From an uncultured virus (IMG/VR IMGVR_UViG_3300042340_000066) (lineage: Duplodnaviria; Heunggongvirae; Uroviricota; Caudoviricetes): a stretch of DNA of 64,000 bases. The stretch lies in IMG/VR virus record IMGVR_UViG_3300042340_000066, one strand, 5' to 3'. A program made the translations under genes and the position numbers. Positions within the stretch are counted from its first letter, which is position 1; each line of letters begins with the position of its first letter. This document shows, piece by piece, positions 53,796 through 62,625 of the stretch. Under the pieces are notes generated by a model. It saw only the letters and a list, made by a program, of their open reading frames with translations, did no database searches and was not told where the DNA came from.

Positions 53796-55766
53796 TTAGG
53801 CTCCTTTAAGAGCTTCTACTTCGGTTTTGAGTTCTTGCACGGCTTTAACCAGCATAGCAATTATCGCTCTATCGTATATGCCTTGCCCCGTTGGAGAGGC
53901 TTCTTGGCTAACTGCTTGCACCTCTTGAGCATAAAAACCTAGTTGCCTTCCTTCTTCAAGGTTAGCATTACCTTCTTCATCTTTCCAATAAAAGTAACGC
54001 GGCTGCAGTGCATCTATTTTAGAGAGGCCGTCTTCTACAAACCCGTCAGCTATTTTTAAGTTTTGGTCTGAGAGGATCGTTAGTGTGCCCGTGCCCACCC
54101 CCGCAGTGACAGTACCGCCAGCAGCTAAGTTAGGTATCGTTACAGCGCCCCCTGTGCCTATGGCTAATCTAACTTCATAAATGTTTAATGTGCTTAATTG
54201 CGCTAATACTAATGGCCTATATGTAGAAGCGGCTGTATTAACAGACAAAATAGCGGGGAAATAGTCAGAGCCATTAAAGACAGTGTCTACACTAACATAC
54301 CCTGATGGAGAACCGCTATTCTGAACATTTAACGCCCCAGTCATCGTGGAGCCGGTTTTTAGTACGTAACCGCTAGCGGCTACACCGCCCAAAGCATTTG
54401 CATTCGTGGCGTTTGTAGCTGTCGTGGCACTTACCGCATTCGTAGCGTTCGTGGCGTTTGTAGCGTTTACCGCATTCGTGGCGTTTGTAGCTGTCGTGGC
54501 TGTTGTTGCATTCGTAGCGTTTGTTGCATTCGTAGCGGTAGCGGCATTGCCTGCAATACTGATGGCCCAAGTACCCGAAGCGTTGGAACCATTAGCATCG
54601 CATTTGCCGTCAAACGTGTTCCAGTCCGTGGAGGTTAAATAGCCGTTTTGTGAAGTGCTGGCTATATTCATGGACAAATTAACCGCCGTAGTGCCTGTAG
54701 CGGTCAAAGGAGAAGTTGCCGTAACCGAAGTGACCGTACCTCCTCCAACAAGCTGAAGATTGATATTTCCACTCAAATCCGCACTCGCCGTGCCATTGAC
54801 CTGAAGCCCCGTGCCTACTGTAATGGTCCTCGTCTGGGGGACAAAAGTGCTCGCGGCTTGAGATGACGCCGCCGCTATCTCTCCATCTACATAGCTCTTA
54901 TTGGTAGCCTGAGTGCCACTCAAGGGAGCGTTGGGGAGAATAAGCTGCGCGGAGCCACTTAGGGAGACATTTGTAGAAAATGTCTTAGTGCCAGAAATCG
55001 TCTGGACAGTGGTGAGCCCTACAAAGTTACTGTCTGCGTATCCTTTAGTGATTACATCATCATTATCAACAGCCGCTTGGGTTAATTTCAGCCTAGGGAT
55101 CATGGTCTGAGTGCTTTCACCCGCCGCTTTCCACAAATAGTTGCTATTGACGTAGTTGTACGAGGTGGCTTGGTTGCCTGTGGGTGTCGCTACGGGCAGA
55201 GTGACGGTGCCTGTAAATGTAGTGTTGCCCGTGACGGTATTGGCCCCTGCATTGATGAAAAATTTCCCATCTACATAGCCTTTGTTTACGGCATGTGTGT
55301 TGACCGTGGGGGTGCCTGTCAGTGTAAGGAAGTTCAGCGCAGTAAAGGCTTCTTGGAAATCCGTGCCGTTGTAGATGACCGTCTTCGTCATGTTGGCTGG
55401 AATCGTTACGCCCGTAGTGGCTGGGAGTTTGATCGTGACCGCATAAGATGTTGATCGGTTGATGACGGTATAGAGCTTGCCCGATGAGGCTGTGACCGCA
55501 CTGGCGGGGACCACGATGTTTGAGTCTGCACTGATCGTAATAGCCGGGACCACCAGACACATCTGCCTTGACTGATCGTTAGCACCATTGAGCGCCGTCA
55601 GCGTAAGTGAGTTAGCCACCCAACCCGAAGAGAGCTCTACACGCCCTGCGATAGAACTTTCCAGCAACGTGCCTAGATTGGTGTTGGTGGTGTTGCCCCA
55701 CGTATTGGCCTGCTCACCCGAGGCGATGAGTTCGAGTCTAAGATTAGATGAATATGATGAAGGCAT
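53796..55766 (-). CDS. tail fibre with C-terminal S74-type intramolecular chaperone
   Basis: LELIASGEQANTWG..TNTNL; NAT repeats; SDQNLK...LQPRYFYWK...GFYAQEV...LVKAVQEL. Confidence 0.88.
   Translation of the reverse strand: MPSSYSSNLRLELIASGEQANTWGNTTNTNLGTLLESSIAGRVELSSGWVANSLTLTALNGANDQSRQMCLVVPAITISADSNIVVPASAVTASSGKLYTVINRSTSYAVTIKLPATTGVTIPANMTKTVIYNGTDFQEAFTALNFLTLTGTPTVNTHAVNKGYVDGKFFINAGANTVTGNTTFTGTVTLPVATPTGNQATSYNYVNSNYLWKAAGESTQTMIPRLKLTQAAVDNDDVITKGYADSNFVGLTTVQTISGTKTFSTNVSLSGSAQLILPNAPLSGTQATNKSYVDGEIAAASSQAASTFVPQTRTITVGTGLQVNGTASADLSGNINLQLVGGGTVTSVTATSPLTATGTTAVNLSMNIASTSQNGYLTSTDWNTFDGKCDANGSNASGTWAISIAGNAATATNATNATNATTATTATNATNAVNATNATNATNAVSATTATNATNANALGGVAASGYVLKTGSTMTGALNVQNSGSPSGYVSVDTVFNGSDYFPAILSVNTAASTYRPLVLAQLSTLNIYEVRLAIGTGGAVTIPNLAAGGTVTAGVGTGTLTILSDQNLKIADGFVEDGLSKIDALQPRYFYWKDEEGNANLEEGRQLGFYAQEVQAVSQEASPTGQGIYDRAIIAMLVKAVQELKTEVEALKGA
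54396..54545 (-). repeat. degenerate 9-bp repeats encoding (NAT/TAT)n in the tail fibre
   Basis: NAATATNATNATNATTATTATNATNAVNATNATNATNAVSATTATNATNANA. Confidence 0.9.
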
Positions 55767-55778
55767 GGTTACGCACCT

Positions 55779-56897
55779 TTATGTCGGTATATTGACCCAG
55801 TTGCTGGTCTGGGTGGTTGTAATGTTGGACCACAATGCGGCAGGATATTTGCCTGTAGAGGGTAGATTGTACCCAATCCCTCCTAATACGAAGAGTGTAT
55901 CCCCTACTATGTACCCAGAGCCGCCGTTGGCAATCGCTACGCTGATCGCTACATTTTGGGAGTATTGTATATTGAACGTGGCATTTGCTCCACCGTTTGT
56001 TGCTACTACAATGGCTGGATTGGGTGGGACTTCATCGTAGAGCGAGGTGTGCTTTATCGAAATTCCCGTGACGGCTCCACCACCATTCACTGCTGTCACC
56101 AGCAATTCGGTATTCGTATAGTTGACTCCCACACAGATAGGCTGTGACCCAATCGAACAGTCCTGACCATCTACCACCGCATCAAGCGTTATCTCGTTCC
56201 AATTTCCCTGAATCGTCGCCTGCGTTGTGGGCTCTGGTGGGGTGTAGCATATCGGCGTTGAGCCAATCGAGCAGTCATCGTAGGGAATCTCAGGTATCTG
56301 TGGGGTAAAAATATCTACCCAGAACTTTCTGAAACTATTGAGCGTCGATGTGAGCATCAACCCCGTAGTGGGGACCGTAGCCCCTACACTCAGAATAACC
56401 GGCGAAACATATCCATAGAAGGACAGCCCCGTGGGTGTTATACCCGCTGCCGCAGAGACAGTAACCGAATTGAGCGTAGTGGTGAGGGTTTGCCCTGTGG
56501 GTAGGACTTCTGCACCTGCTGTGACTGAGACAGCATTAAGAGTAGTTGTTAGCGTTTGCCCAGTGAGCGTAACCGCCGCCGCACCGGAGATAGCTACGGA
56601 AGATAGCGTAGTAGCGAGAGATTGCGAATCGAGAGCTAAAGTGTTGTTAGTCTCTAATGTTACGGCATTGAGTGTAGTAGTGAGTGTCTGCGAGTCAAGC
56701 GCGTATTGTGCCCCTGCCTGAATAGTGGGGCTGTTGAGCGTCGTTACAAGTGACTGAGAAGAGAGCGCGTAGTTAGCTGCAGCCGTGACTGCAGCCGAAG
56801 AAAGAGAGAGGCTAAGACTCTGAGAAGCTAGGAGTAAATAGGCATCAATGCGCGGTGCCGCAATGGGCGAGTCTGCAATAGCCGAGAAGCCTAACAC
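55779..56897 (-). CDS. tail-associated repeat protein
   Basis: MLGFSAIADSPIA; repeated LxxQxLTTTLNxVx; DCSIGSxPIC twice. Confidence 0.75.
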   Translation of the reverse strand: MLGFSAIADSPIAAPRIDAYLLLASQSLSLSLSSAAVTAAANYALSSQSLVTTLNSPTIQAGAQYALDSQTLTTTLNAVTLETNNTLALDSQSLATTLSSVAISGAAAVTLTGQTLTTTLNAVSVTAGAEVLPTGQTLTTTLNSVTVSAAAGITPTGLSFYGYVSPVILSVGATVPTTGLMLTSTLNSFRKFWVDIFTPQIPEIPYDDCSIGSTPICYTPPEPTTQATIQGNWNEITLDAVVDGQDCSIGSQPICVGVNYTNTELLVTAVNGGGAVTGISIKHTSLYDEVPPNPAIVVATNGGANATFNIQYSQNVAISVAIANGGSGYIVGDTLFVLGGIGYNLPSTGKYPAALWSNITTTQTSNWVNIPT

Positions 56898-56913
56898 CCC
56901 GAGTCTCTGTCAG

Positions 56914-57102
56914 CTAGCCTACGGACGGTTTGCGCTTTGTGAAAACGCTGATAACACCAAAAACGGCAAGGCCCGCTTGAATAATAGCCGTCTGCTGAGC
57001 AGGATCAATCTGCAGTCCCACTGCAGTCAACAGCATTACAATCCCGCGCCACGTACTCGCCTCGCCTAATGCAATACCAAATCTGTCTACTAAAGCACCC
57101 AT
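56914..57102 (-). CDS. putative holin
   Basis: EASTWRGIVMLLTAVG...GLAVFGVISVF; two hydrophobic segments, basic C-terminus; near endolysin. Confidence 0.7.
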   Translation of the reverse strand: MGALVDRFGIALGEASTWRGIVMLLTAVGLQIDPAQQTAIIQAGLAVFGVISVFTKRKPSVG

Positions 57103-57111
57103 TGTATTCTC

Positions 57112-57240
57112 CTAATCCCAAAAGTAAGTCACAACACCATACATAAACACCAACAGAAAAGAGACCGTCAGACAGGCATATACCAGCCCTTCGGCTAATA
57201 GCTCAACAGGGGTCTTGTCTTTGGGGTTGCGGGGTTTCAT
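57112..57240 (-). CDS. 42-aa single-TM lysis-module protein
   Basis: MKPRNPKDKTPVELLAEGLVYACLTVSFLLVFMYGVVTYFWD; ATGA coupling with endolysin. Confidence 0.55.
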   Translation of the reverse strand: MKPRNPKDKTPVELLAEGLVYACLTVSFLLVFMYGVVTYFWD

Positions 57241-57800
57241 ATTTTCGCTAGTTGGAAGTGGGGTCCGTCAGGAAAAGATTTAGACATGTCCGCTGGCCCT
57301 AGTTTGTGCGAAGAGTCATTCAGGTACTTCCAGTTTGCGCCCCACTTAACCCGAACATTCAATTCTTTCGCAGCTTGCCGCATAGCTTCAGCTACCGGAA
57401 AATAATACTTCCAATCCCAAGTTACTTTGCCATCTACGAGCGGAGCGATATCTACTGCATGGCCCGTGATGTGGAAACTGTTCATGGTTTTGCTTGCGCC
57501 CTTGGCGACAAGCTGTTTCTGCCGCTCCTTAGTTCGGAGCCCTTCCAGCACTGTGAAGTCAATGGGAGTCAATTCAATCGCTCTCCTGACCACTTTAACC
57601 AAATCAGGATGTACACCTTTAAGACGCGCTAGCGATGTAGCCCCTAGCTGGAATTTTGGTTTGGGTGGAGAGTTGGGTGTAACGGCATTGGTAATGCTAG
57701 GTTTGAGCTTGTCGAGAAGAGGTTTTAGCTCGGGTCTGTCTTTCAACAGGAATACCAAGTCTTCGACTTCCTCGCTAGTCAATGCAACCGTTACACCCAT
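57237..57800 (-). CDS. endolysin, peptidase M15 (L-Ala-D-Glu) family
   Basis: LKGVHPDL...EGLRTKERQ...SKTMNSFHITGHAVD...WGANW...DGPHFQL; start MGVTV. Confidence 0.92.
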   Translation of the reverse strand: MGVTVALTSEEVEDLVFLLKDRPELKPLLDKLKPSITNAVTPNSPPKPKFQLGATSLARLKGVHPDLVKVVRRAIELTPIDFTVLEGLRTKERQKQLVAKGASKTMNSFHITGHAVDIAPLVDGKVTWDWKYYFPVAEAMRQAAKELNVRVKWGANWKYLNDSSHKLGPADMSKSFPDGPHFQLAKI

Positions 57801-57804
57801 AACC

Positions 57805-57960
57805 TTACTCCGCTGCTTCGGTTTCTTCCTGTGGCAACTGCCCCTTGGCCTGCTCCTGAATGCCATTGATGAGTCCTGCGACTTCCACAAAAGGCTTGGT
57901 GCCCAGATAGTTCAGGATCGCGTTCAAAAGCTCTACACTGATTTCAATTTTAGGCTGCAT
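57805..57960 (-). CDS. small conserved tail-module protein
   Basis: MQPKIEISVELLNAILNYLGTKPFVEVAGLINGIQEQA; not in ORF track. Confidence 0.7.
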   Translation of the reverse strand: MQPKIEISVELLNAILNYLGTKPFVEVAGLINGIQEQAKGQLPQEETEAAE

Positions 57961-58007
57961 AGTTGTCTATGAGTTGTTGTTGATAGGAGCGCGTAGTGTA
58001 GCAGGTT

Positions 58008-58156
58008 TTATTCTTCCGGCTCAACAGGAGGGACCAAGTTAGCCCCGTCGTCACGAGCCATCGCTCTGTTAATGTAGTCTGAGAAGAGCGCTTCATGCAC
58101 CGTCGCCACCGGGATTGTTTGACTAGGTTCGTGGAAAGCGTGATTTTTTCGGGCAT
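58008..58156 (-). pseudogene. chimeric frameshifted remnant
   Basis: MPEKITLSTNLV (like start of 57805-57960) joined out of frame to QTIPVATVHEALFSDYINRAMARD...EPEE. Confidence 0.5.
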
Positions 58157-58159
58157 GGT

Positions 58160-58522
58160 TTATTCCTCGATGGGGGTTATAGAAACAGGTGTCTGCCACG
58201 GCAAAGTTGGCGTGACGATAGGTGGATTGATTTGATTTTCGATCTGTGTGTCGATGCTTGTATATACAGCCGCGACTTGTTCTTCGCCCAATGCGTCCTG
58301 AGTCCACTGGATAGCCTGTGCTTCCGTAATGTCCTCGAAGGGCACGAAGTTGGGTTTGTCGGGATCGACAGTGAATGAGACAGTGCTATAACACGATCCG
58401 GTATGCCCTTCGCCATCATCGCCGGAACAACGCCAGTGGCTGGTTACGACGTAATCAAGCATTCCATTAACATCTGGGATGCAGTCAAGTGCGGATATTT
58501 GCCAAGTGTATTGAGTAGTCAT
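58160..58522 (-). CDS. tail fibre-associated protein
   Basis: YTWQISALD...VVTSHWRC...FVPFEDITE..AIQW...LPW. Confidence 0.75.
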   Translation of the reverse strand: MTTQYTWQISALDCIPDVNGMLDYVVTSHWRCSGDDGEGHTGSCYSTVSFTVDPDKPNFVPFEDITEAQAIQWTQDALGEEQVAAVYTSIDTQIENQINPPIVTPTLPWQTPVSITPIEE

Positions 58523-58537
58523 ATTAGTGGACCTTAA

Positions 58538-59869
58538 TTATACGGCAGCTCTAGTGCGTATCATGGCTATCCCAAAAGTTTGAGTAGAGCCAACATTGTT
58601 ATAAATGGCGTAGCTTGATCCAGTCCAACCCACACCTACTTGTCCCGCTGATGGGGTGCTGCTAACTACATAACTAGCATTTCCGCCGAGCTTGAATATT
58701 GAACTTCCGCAGAGTAAATATACACCCGCTTCACCGGTAATGTGGCTATTCAAAACTATGAGACCCGACCCTGTAGCCAGTACAGCATTTGCGCCATTCG
58801 TTAAAGTAATTTGCGACCCTGAGTGGTCTATACCCCATTGCGATGTTGGGGTATTTGTAACAACGACTTTTCCGCCGCGCTCAACGGTATCGTTGACCAA
58901 CAAATTCCCCGCCGCTGTGATGCGGGCGCGTTCTGTATTATTAGTCCCAAAAACCAGCGGGTGGTTAGACGTTGCATATAAAGCAATACCGCCAACCCCT
59001 GACGGGGTTAATAGGCAAGTGTGTGTGCCATCTGTAATCCTAAACCCACCGTTTGTTGCACACAGTACATCCAGCCTAGTCCCCGGCGAACTCGTCCCAA
59101 TCCCGACATTCCCAGACGCATCCTTGTAAATCTGGTTAGTGCCGATGGCGATAACGCCCGTGCCGCCTGTAAGAGTGCCGGTATAGCTAAGATTGGTGAA
59201 AGTACCCGCTGCGGCTGTGCCGCTTCCGATTGCTCCCGGCGCTGCAAACGTCGCACCGTTCAGAGAGCTTGCGTTGAGGTTTGCGACATTAGTGGTAGAA
59301 GCTACAGTAAAAGGCGCTGTGCCGGTTGCAACAGTCGAGGTGATGGTCGTAAACCGACCTGTACTTGCCGTAGCGCCACCGATAGCAGGAGGTGAGGCGA
59401 GGTAGTTACTAAAGCCAGTACCAGAGACGGTAGAGGAAGCCGAAAGAGTAGTAAAGGCCCCTGTGCCTGCGGTTGTGTTGCCGATGTTGACGCTGTTTAG
59501 CGTCTGAGTCCAGCTTGGGTTCGTGCCGTCTGTAGTGAGGACGTAGCCGCTTTTGCTGTCTTGGTTGGGGACCAGTGAGCGCGTGGGCGCGGAGCAAAAT
59601 ACTCGTTTAGTACCAGAAGAAAAGTTGACTAGCGCACCGCTATTAGACGAGGCGATGACCGTAGTACGAGATAGTGTACCTGTAGTAACAAGGGTACCTA
59701 TGCCAATTTCCCACTCGCCAATGCCGTTATCTATAGTGTAAAAGAGCACATCGCCCGTAGTGAATCCCGCAGCAAATGTAATGTACCCAGTAACAGCACC
59801 AGCCAAAGTAATCGTGCCGGTACCGCCAGTAGTAGTGGTCTCTTGGACCCGATTTTGCATCTTAGGCAC
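58538..59869 (-). CDS. second tail fibre / receptor-binding protein
   Basis: RVQETTTTGGTGTITL...WEIGIG...FSSGTKRVF; GNVGIGTSSP; FGTNNTERARI. Confidence 0.85.
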   Translation of the reverse strand: MPKMQNRVQETTTTGGTGTITLAGAVTGYITFAAGFTTGDVLFYTIDNGIGEWEIGIGTLVTTGTLSRTTVIASSNSGALVNFSSGTKRVFCSAPTRSLVPNQDSKSGYVLTTDGTNPSWTQTLNSVNIGNTTAGTGAFTTLSASSTVSGTGFSNYLASPPAIGGATASTGRFTTITSTVATGTAPFTVASTTNVANLNASSLNGATFAAPGAIGSGTAAAGTFTNLSYTGTLTGGTGVIAIGTNQIYKDASGNVGIGTSSPGTRLDVLCATNGGFRITDGTHTCLLTPSGVGGIALYATSNHPLVFGTNNTERARITAAGNLLVNDTVERGGKVVVTNTPTSQWGIDHSGSQITLTNGANAVLATGSGLIVLNSHITGEAGVYLLCGSSIFKLGGNASYVVSSTPSAGQVGVGWTGSSYAIYNNVGSTQTFGIAMIRTRAAV

Positions 59870-59881
59870 GGTGCTGCTCCC

Positions 59882-60310
59882 TTAACTCAGGATAATGATT
59901 GCGGTGCTGCTAGTGTTAGCAGGGAAAGTCACTTGGAAATTGCCGTTAGTAGAGGTGTACGTCCCTCCGAAGCTCAGAATCGCTACTGCCTTATTGGAAT
60001 CAGTAGAATTGTAAATCAGAGCGCCCGCCGCAGAGATAGAAGCAGAGGTCCATGTCACGTCATCAAAATCCAGAAATGCGGTGGTGCCCGAGAGACTCAC
60101 ACCTACATTAGTCAGCGTCTGCCCACCCGCCGTATACCCCGGTCCTGAAGATTCCCCAGAAGTCGTATAGACCGTAGTCGCGGAGTCTAGGTTAGCTGCC
60201 GAAGTGTAAAGAGCAAGTTTGAAGGTATCGCCACCCGCAGCGGCGAAGTTATGAATGCCTTGTAGAAGCTCGCTTTTGAACGACGAGGCAAGTGCCTGTG
60301 TAATAGCCAT
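59882..60310 (-). CDS. conserved tail/virion protein
   Basis: MAITQA..SFKSELL.G.HNF...FKLALYTS...GALIYN...F...FP. Confidence 0.8.
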   Translation of the reverse strand: MAITQALASSFKSELLQGIHNFAAAGGDTFKLALYTSAANLDSATTVYTTSGESSGPGYTAGGQTLTNVGVSLSGTTAFLDFDDVTWTSASISAAGALIYNSTDSNKAVAILSFGGTYTSTNGNFQVTFPANTSSTAIIILS

Positions 60311-60313
60311 GAT

Positions 60314-60427
60314 TTATACCTCTTCGGAAATTTCAAATTCTGCGTCGGGCTCAAAGTGGTCGGCCATCACAGCGACATCATTGAGAGTAAATTCTATAAT
60401 CTGATCTACTTCGTTTTCTTCGTTCAT
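60314..60427 (-). CDS. 37-aa acidic peptide
   Basis: MNEENEVDQIIEFTLNDVAV...; ATGA coupling; supplies GAGG RBS of next gene. Confidence 0.5.
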   Translation of the reverse strand: MNEENEVDQIIEFTLNDVAVMADHFEPDAEFEISEEV

Positions 60428-61065
60428 ACGACTTGATCTCTAACTTGGGTTGTTCTGAAATTGTCTTCGCGGTTTTTCGCATCTCCAAGCATTTTAAGAA
60501 GTCCCATCGCTTCATTATACTTGTTCTGGTAGTTCTGCGTCATATCCGCTTCGCCTTTCAGAAAGACAGAGGCTTCAACCAATGAGCCCCACAACAGCAC
60601 AGAGGGGTAGTTCTGGCCCAACCAGCTAGTCCCTGCGTCAACAATAGACTGCGGAGCCGCGTAGTAATGAAGCTCCATCGTGTAATTCACGTCTGGAGTC
60701 GGGCCTAGAATAAACGCAGTAGAACTAAACAGACCGTAGTATTTTGGCTCACCGATAGCCGTTGGAAACGGGTAGGCTTCACGGATGTAGTTCACATCTT
60801 TCTGCAGGAGGTAAGTGTAGTTACCGCTAGCGTCAATGGTTGCCATTGAAAACACAGACAAAAAGTCTGATGGCATGTTGAGGTACTGAAACAACTGAGT
60901 GGCTTCGCCCGTAACATTACGTCTGAATGCTGGGAGTTGAACGGTGTTGTTGACCAGTAGCTCTGTATTCTTTACAAAGTTAGGGATGTTTGCGTTGAAC
61001 GTGGGCTCGTCAACTTCACTATATTGCTGAATGGCATCGTAAAGCTGCTGGTACGTCAGGCTCAT
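60424..61065 (-). CDS. head-tail adaptor / tail tubular protein A-like
   Basis: LLQKDVNYIREAYP...PKYY...LGPTPD..Y.MELHY...LLWGSLVEA. Confidence 0.75.
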   Translation of the reverse strand: MSLTYQQLYDAIQQYSEVDEPTFNANIPNFVKNTELLVNNTVQLPAFRRNVTGEATQLFQYLNMPSDFLSVFSMATIDASGNYTYLLQKDVNYIREAYPFPTAIGEPKYYGLFSSTAFILGPTPDVNYTMELHYYAAPQSIVDAGTSWLGQNYPSVLLWGSLVEASVFLKGEADMTQNYQNKYNEAMGLLKMLGDAKNREDNFRTTQVRDQVV

Positions 61066-61085
61066 GTCAAATATCCCTTAACTTT

Positions 61086-61238
61086 TTAACCCAGCTTGGT
61101 AGAAGACTTATCGCCTTTGACGGCTGCACCCGTGCCGCGTACTTTTACGGTCTGAGTGTTGGGCTTCTCATTTGGGTAGCCAGCGGTGTTTGGAGTCGGG
61201 ACTTTTTCGGCGGTACCGCCCGTTTTACGTGTACTCAT
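61086..61238 (-). CDS. 50-aa basic protein
   Basis: MSTRKTGG...KVRGTGAAVKG; not in ORF track. Confidence 0.65.
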   Translation of the reverse strand: MSTRKTGGTAEKVPTPNTAGYPNEKPNTQTVKVRGTGAAVKGDKSSTKLG

Positions 61239-61240
61239 GA

Positions 61241-61426
61241 TTACTTACTCTTTTGGTTCTTGGCACGAGCCATATTCCGGCCCATCTTTTTCATTTCAGC
61301 AGAGGTGACTCCACCTTTCTTGAGACCCTTTAGGCGTGTCTTTTTTCCTTCATGCAATTGGTCATCGTGCATGCCCATAGCCTTCTTAATCATTTTCTTA
61401 TCCTGAGAAACGTCTTCGTGTTTCAT
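61241..61426 (-). CDS. small basic protein
   Basis: DKKMIKKAMGMHD...LKKGGVTS..MKKMGRNMARA. Confidence 0.75.
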   Translation of the reverse strand: MKHEDVSQDKKMIKKAMGMHDDQLHEGKKTRLKGLKKGGVTSAEMKKMGRNMARAKNQKSK

Positions 61427-61435
61427 CTGTAACCT

Positions 61436-61762
61436 CTAGCTAATTGTAACAAAAACGCTGTTAAGCGTAAAATCGGCCTGTTGTGAAGCGATAGGATTCC
61501 ATGCAAATAACCCTCTGGAATCGTTCAAATTGGTATCAGGTCTTGGATTACGCAGTGCCTGCGGATCGTTAGCTACCTTCTGTGCGCCTATAACTCCGAC
61601 CCATAATTGCGGCTGGTCTGCCTCCCAACAGGTAGGGCAAACTCTCTGATTGATGATCTTGCCGAAAACCACATACTGCTTGAGTTTTTTCAGTGGATAG
61701 CGAAAGGTACAACGATCACAGAAGCCAAACGCCTTTTTCTCACTAGCAAACCGTTGAGCCAT
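61436..61762 (-). CDS. Zn-finger virion-module protein
   Basis: CDRC...VCPTCWE.DQPQL...DPQALRNPRPD. Confidence 0.8.
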   Translation of the reverse strand: MAQRFASEKKAFGFCDRCTFRYPLKKLKQYVVFGKIINQRVCPTCWEADQPQLWVGVIGAQKVANDPQALRNPRPDTNLNDSRGLFAWNPIASQQADFTLNSVFVTIS

Positions 61763-62467
61763 TTACCAGCCTCCGCCTCCTACATAGCTGATAGCGGGAA
61801 CAAATCTTACCGAAGCTCTCTGCCTATCTTCGTCTGCGGCTAACTGGAAGGCTTCGTCGTATATCTGTTTCAGCATCGGGATTCGCCCTTCAGCTTCAGG
61901 AGTCTTGATAGAGAGATAGTATGCCAACCCAGCGATCAAAGCGGGGACAAATCTGAACGGCATATCGGCGGTATTCGTACCTGCGGAACCGGTATCATCC
62001 ATTCTACGGAGCTTCCAATACACCAGCTTGTACCCGTCTACATTGGGGGCAGGCCAGATTCTCGCTATCGGTGCGTCCGTTTGGCGGTCTACAAAAATCT
62101 GAATGGGCCTGCCTGTAGCGAGTTTGTTGGGAATTGTGGCATAAGTAGAGACACTAATACGGGCTATCTGCAGGTCTACTTGCGTGGTGGGATTGCCATC
62201 ATTCTGCCGTACAACGGTTTCAAGCAGGTCTATGGTGTCTGCAGGGAGAGGGTAATTGCTTACGCCCACGCTCAAATTCAAAGAACCCTGTTCGATTGTC
62301 CATAGGTTTAGACCACGCGAAGCCCATTCTTGAAACAGCAAATTGAGGCTGCGCCTCGCCGTTTTGAACTGATAACCCGTGCGTACCTCAACCCCGACTC
62401 TCTCAAAGGCTTCTTCGATGATTTCGGCAAAATCAGGAGTCCAAGTCGCTGTGCCTGAAGTGGTCAT
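61763..62467 (-). CDS. head-tail connector/adaptor-like protein
   Basis: IIEEAFER...ARRSLNLL..EW.SRGLNLWT...PFRFVPALIAGLAYY. Confidence 0.75.
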   Translation of the reverse strand: MTTSGTATWTPDFAEIIEEAFERVGVEVRTGYQFKTARRSLNLLFQEWASRGLNLWTIEQGSLNLSVGVSNYPLPADTIDLLETVVRQNDGNPTTQVDLQIARISVSTYATIPNKLATGRPIQIFVDRQTDAPIARIWPAPNVDGYKLVYWKLRRMDDTGSAGTNTADMPFRFVPALIAGLAYYLSIKTPEAEGRIPMLKQIYDEAFQLAADEDRQRASVRFVPAISYVGGGGW

Positions 62468-62625
62468 TTTTTACTCTTCGCTGCCCGCATGTTATCAACG
62501 AGATTCGGGTAAGGTCGCCCTGCTTTCTTCGCTGCAGCTTTAGCTGAGGCTTTCTTGGCAGAACTTAGCTTCTTTGGTTTGCCTAGCCCTTTAGGGCGCT
62601 CCTTATCCCAAATTTCTTTAGCCAT
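62464..62625 (-). CDS. 53-aa basic protein
   Basis: MAKEIWDKERPK...AKKAGRPYPNLVDNMRAAK; TAATG and ATGA coupling; not in ORF track. Confidence 0.75.
   Translation of the reverse strand: MAKEIWDKERPKGLGKPKKLSSAKKASAKAAAKKAGRPYPNLVDNMRAAKSKK

Noticed and set aside
57801..57890. Extended endolysin N-terminus (start 57890)
   Set aside because: Overlaps the intact small gene 57805-57960; RBS context favours ATG at 57800
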